Below, piece by piece: positions 62,424-64,000 of a stretch of DNA of 64,000 bases. A model generated the notes under the pieces. The model saw only the letters and a list, made by a program, of their open reading frames with translations. It did no database searches and was not told the DNA's origin. Position 1 is the stretch's first letter; each line of letters starts with the position of its first letter. Both the position numbers and the translations under genes were made by a program. This DNA comes from Callorhinchus milii (Eukaryota): the NCBI RefSeq assembly GCF_018977255.1, contig NW_024704750.1, positions 14,074,001 through 14,138,000 of the forward strand. Direction: 5' to 3'.

Positions 62424-63085
62424 CCGTCCTCCAGATGAGATGTTAAACCAAGGTGGACTTTAAAGGCCCCATGGCACTACTTGAAAAGAGAAGGGAGTTT
62501 CTCCCGGTGTCCTGACCAGCAATTATAATTGCATAATGTTTTTTTTCATTCTTAAAATGCTGCAATAATATACATTTAATGTAGTGTGTTGGGCAGATGC
62601 CTTCAAAACATTTCACAGGAAATACCATAAAGTTCATCGTTTGTCTATATTCGGGAATTGTACTCTTGGATTGGAAAATTGCAAATGTCACTCCATTATT
62701 TAAGAAGGGAGGGAGGGATAAACCAGGTAACTTCAGACCTGTCATCTTAACTTCAATTGTGGGGAAGTTAATGTAATCTCTCACCTGGGACAGAGTAACT
62801 GAGCCCTTGGATAAGTATGAGCTCATCAAAGGATTAGCATGGATTTGTGAAGGGTAGGTCTGACAAACCTAATTGAAATTTTTGAGGCGGTCACGTACAT
62901 GATAGATAAGAGTGTCAATGGATGTTGCCTACATGTACTTTCAGAGACATTTGATAAACGTCTGCACATAAGGTCATTAGCAAAAATGAAAGTGCATGTA
63001 CAAAAACATGCAGTAATTGCACTTGACAGTAAATCCTATGAAGTGCTTTGAGATGTTCCCCGACATGAAAGGTACTTCAACAAAC
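62424..63085 (+). mobile_element. Deu-SINE pieces (62424-62520 and 62999-63085) flanking a CR1 fragment
   Basis: cagatgagatgttaaaccaagg…cccatggcactacttgaaaagagaagggagtttctcccggtgtcctgacc, then later the tail gaagtgctttgagatgttccccgacatgaaagg. Confidence 0.65.
62640..62998 (+). mobile_element. CR1 LINE reverse-transcriptase N-terminal fragment (frameshifted)
   Basis: DWKIANVTPLFKKGGRDKPGNFRPVILTSIVGKL … HGFVKGRS, LTNLIE, MDVAYMYFQR.FDK correspond to CR1 RT domains 0-2. Confidence 0.9.
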
Positions 63086-63944
63086 GCGAAAAAGTAGATA
63101 TATTTTTTAAGTCATCAAAAATAGAATATTTTTGCAGTCAAGGTGATTTGCTGTATATTTATGAGGTTATTAAATCAGACAAATATCCAGAAAACAGGAT
63201 AGTCCCTGGATTTTAGAATTCTTGGGAGCAAGCAGGAATAAAATTTTCGTCCAACGATATTGTTGATTCCTGTGGTTCTCAAAGGATGAGGTTTAATAAT
63301 TACAGCTGCAACTTTTCATTAGGAAGTAAAGGCTTTCCTTTCCTTTAAACTCCTGAGGTGCAGCATGTGGTTGTCTTCCATGGCTAGGCTGATGCCCTTT
63401 GTTAGCAAGAATTTTTTGTTGCACTGTTTGTTCTACCCAGGGTTTGAATCTGTATTGAGAGACTTATACCAGCGCCTTGTCCAGACCTTTGCTATTAACT
63501 GAAGATGATACGCTAGTCGCGCACTCTCTAAAGTGCATTTCCAAAAACAATCAATTGTTACAAAGATAGCATTCTTTTCAAAAATTCCGTTATGGATTTC
63601 CTATGGTACATTGGAACACATTTTCATGAGGGAACAATAACCTCTCTCTTTAAGGTTATACATGTAATATTAACGTCCTGAACTGCAGCATTCAATGTCT
63701 GATTTCCTCCCAACTCAAGTGCAAAAAAGGACAATGCACACAATGCAAAAGTGAGAAAAAAAATGCAAGGAGAATACCTCATCAACAAACTGAAAATGCA
63801 ACCTAGCTCTGGCTGGCAATTGCCCTCAAAATCATAAATAAAGTCAGACTTTTTCTCTTTTCTTCAGCCTTTGCGTTGAGTATCCTGCAGTATATGTAGT
63901 GTGTGAGAGAAAGAGAATTTCCTGGATATTGTTGGGTCCACATT

Positions 63945-64000
63945 TACATAGAATGATAAGGCACAGAAACAGGCCATTCAGCCCAACTAGTCCGGTCCGC
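63945..64000 (-). mobile_element. CR1 3' terminus (continues beyond the window)
   Basis: acatagaatgataaggcacagaaacaggccattcagcccaactagtcc, same tail family as 27563. Confidence 0.7.

Noticed and set aside
1-64000. CRISPR array, operon or prokaryotic defence system
   Set aside because: The repeats are dispersed vertebrate retroposons with no regular repeat-spacer periodicity, and there is no gene-dense coding sequence.

Overview
Repeat-rich, non-coding vertebrate DNA (intergenic or a large intron). It is almost certainly from a cartilaginous fish and most likely a chimaera such as Callorhinchus milii, judged from the SINE and LINE families. I recognise no host protein-coding exon, rRNA, true tRNA, known miRNA or CRISPR array, and no new biological system can be supported. 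The window is a layered retroposon landscape: (1) young tRNA-Ala-headed SINEs (SINE2-1_CM-like) in long, short and intermediate forms; (2) older Deu-domain SINEs (SacSINE1/AmnSINE1-like); (3) very old AmnSINE2/UCON3-like SINEs; (4) L2 and CR1 (HER1-like) LINE fragments, two of them with the RT core deleted; (5) decayed palindromic MITE-like elements. Several insertions are nested. The repeat-free AT-rich gaps carry clusters of developmental TF motifs (Sox, POU, TCF/LEF, Pbx-Hox, Meis, GATA) that look like conserved non-coding enhancers. Family names come from remembered consensus sequences and need Dfam/Repbase confirmation. Boundaries of old elements are approximate (about 10-30 bp).
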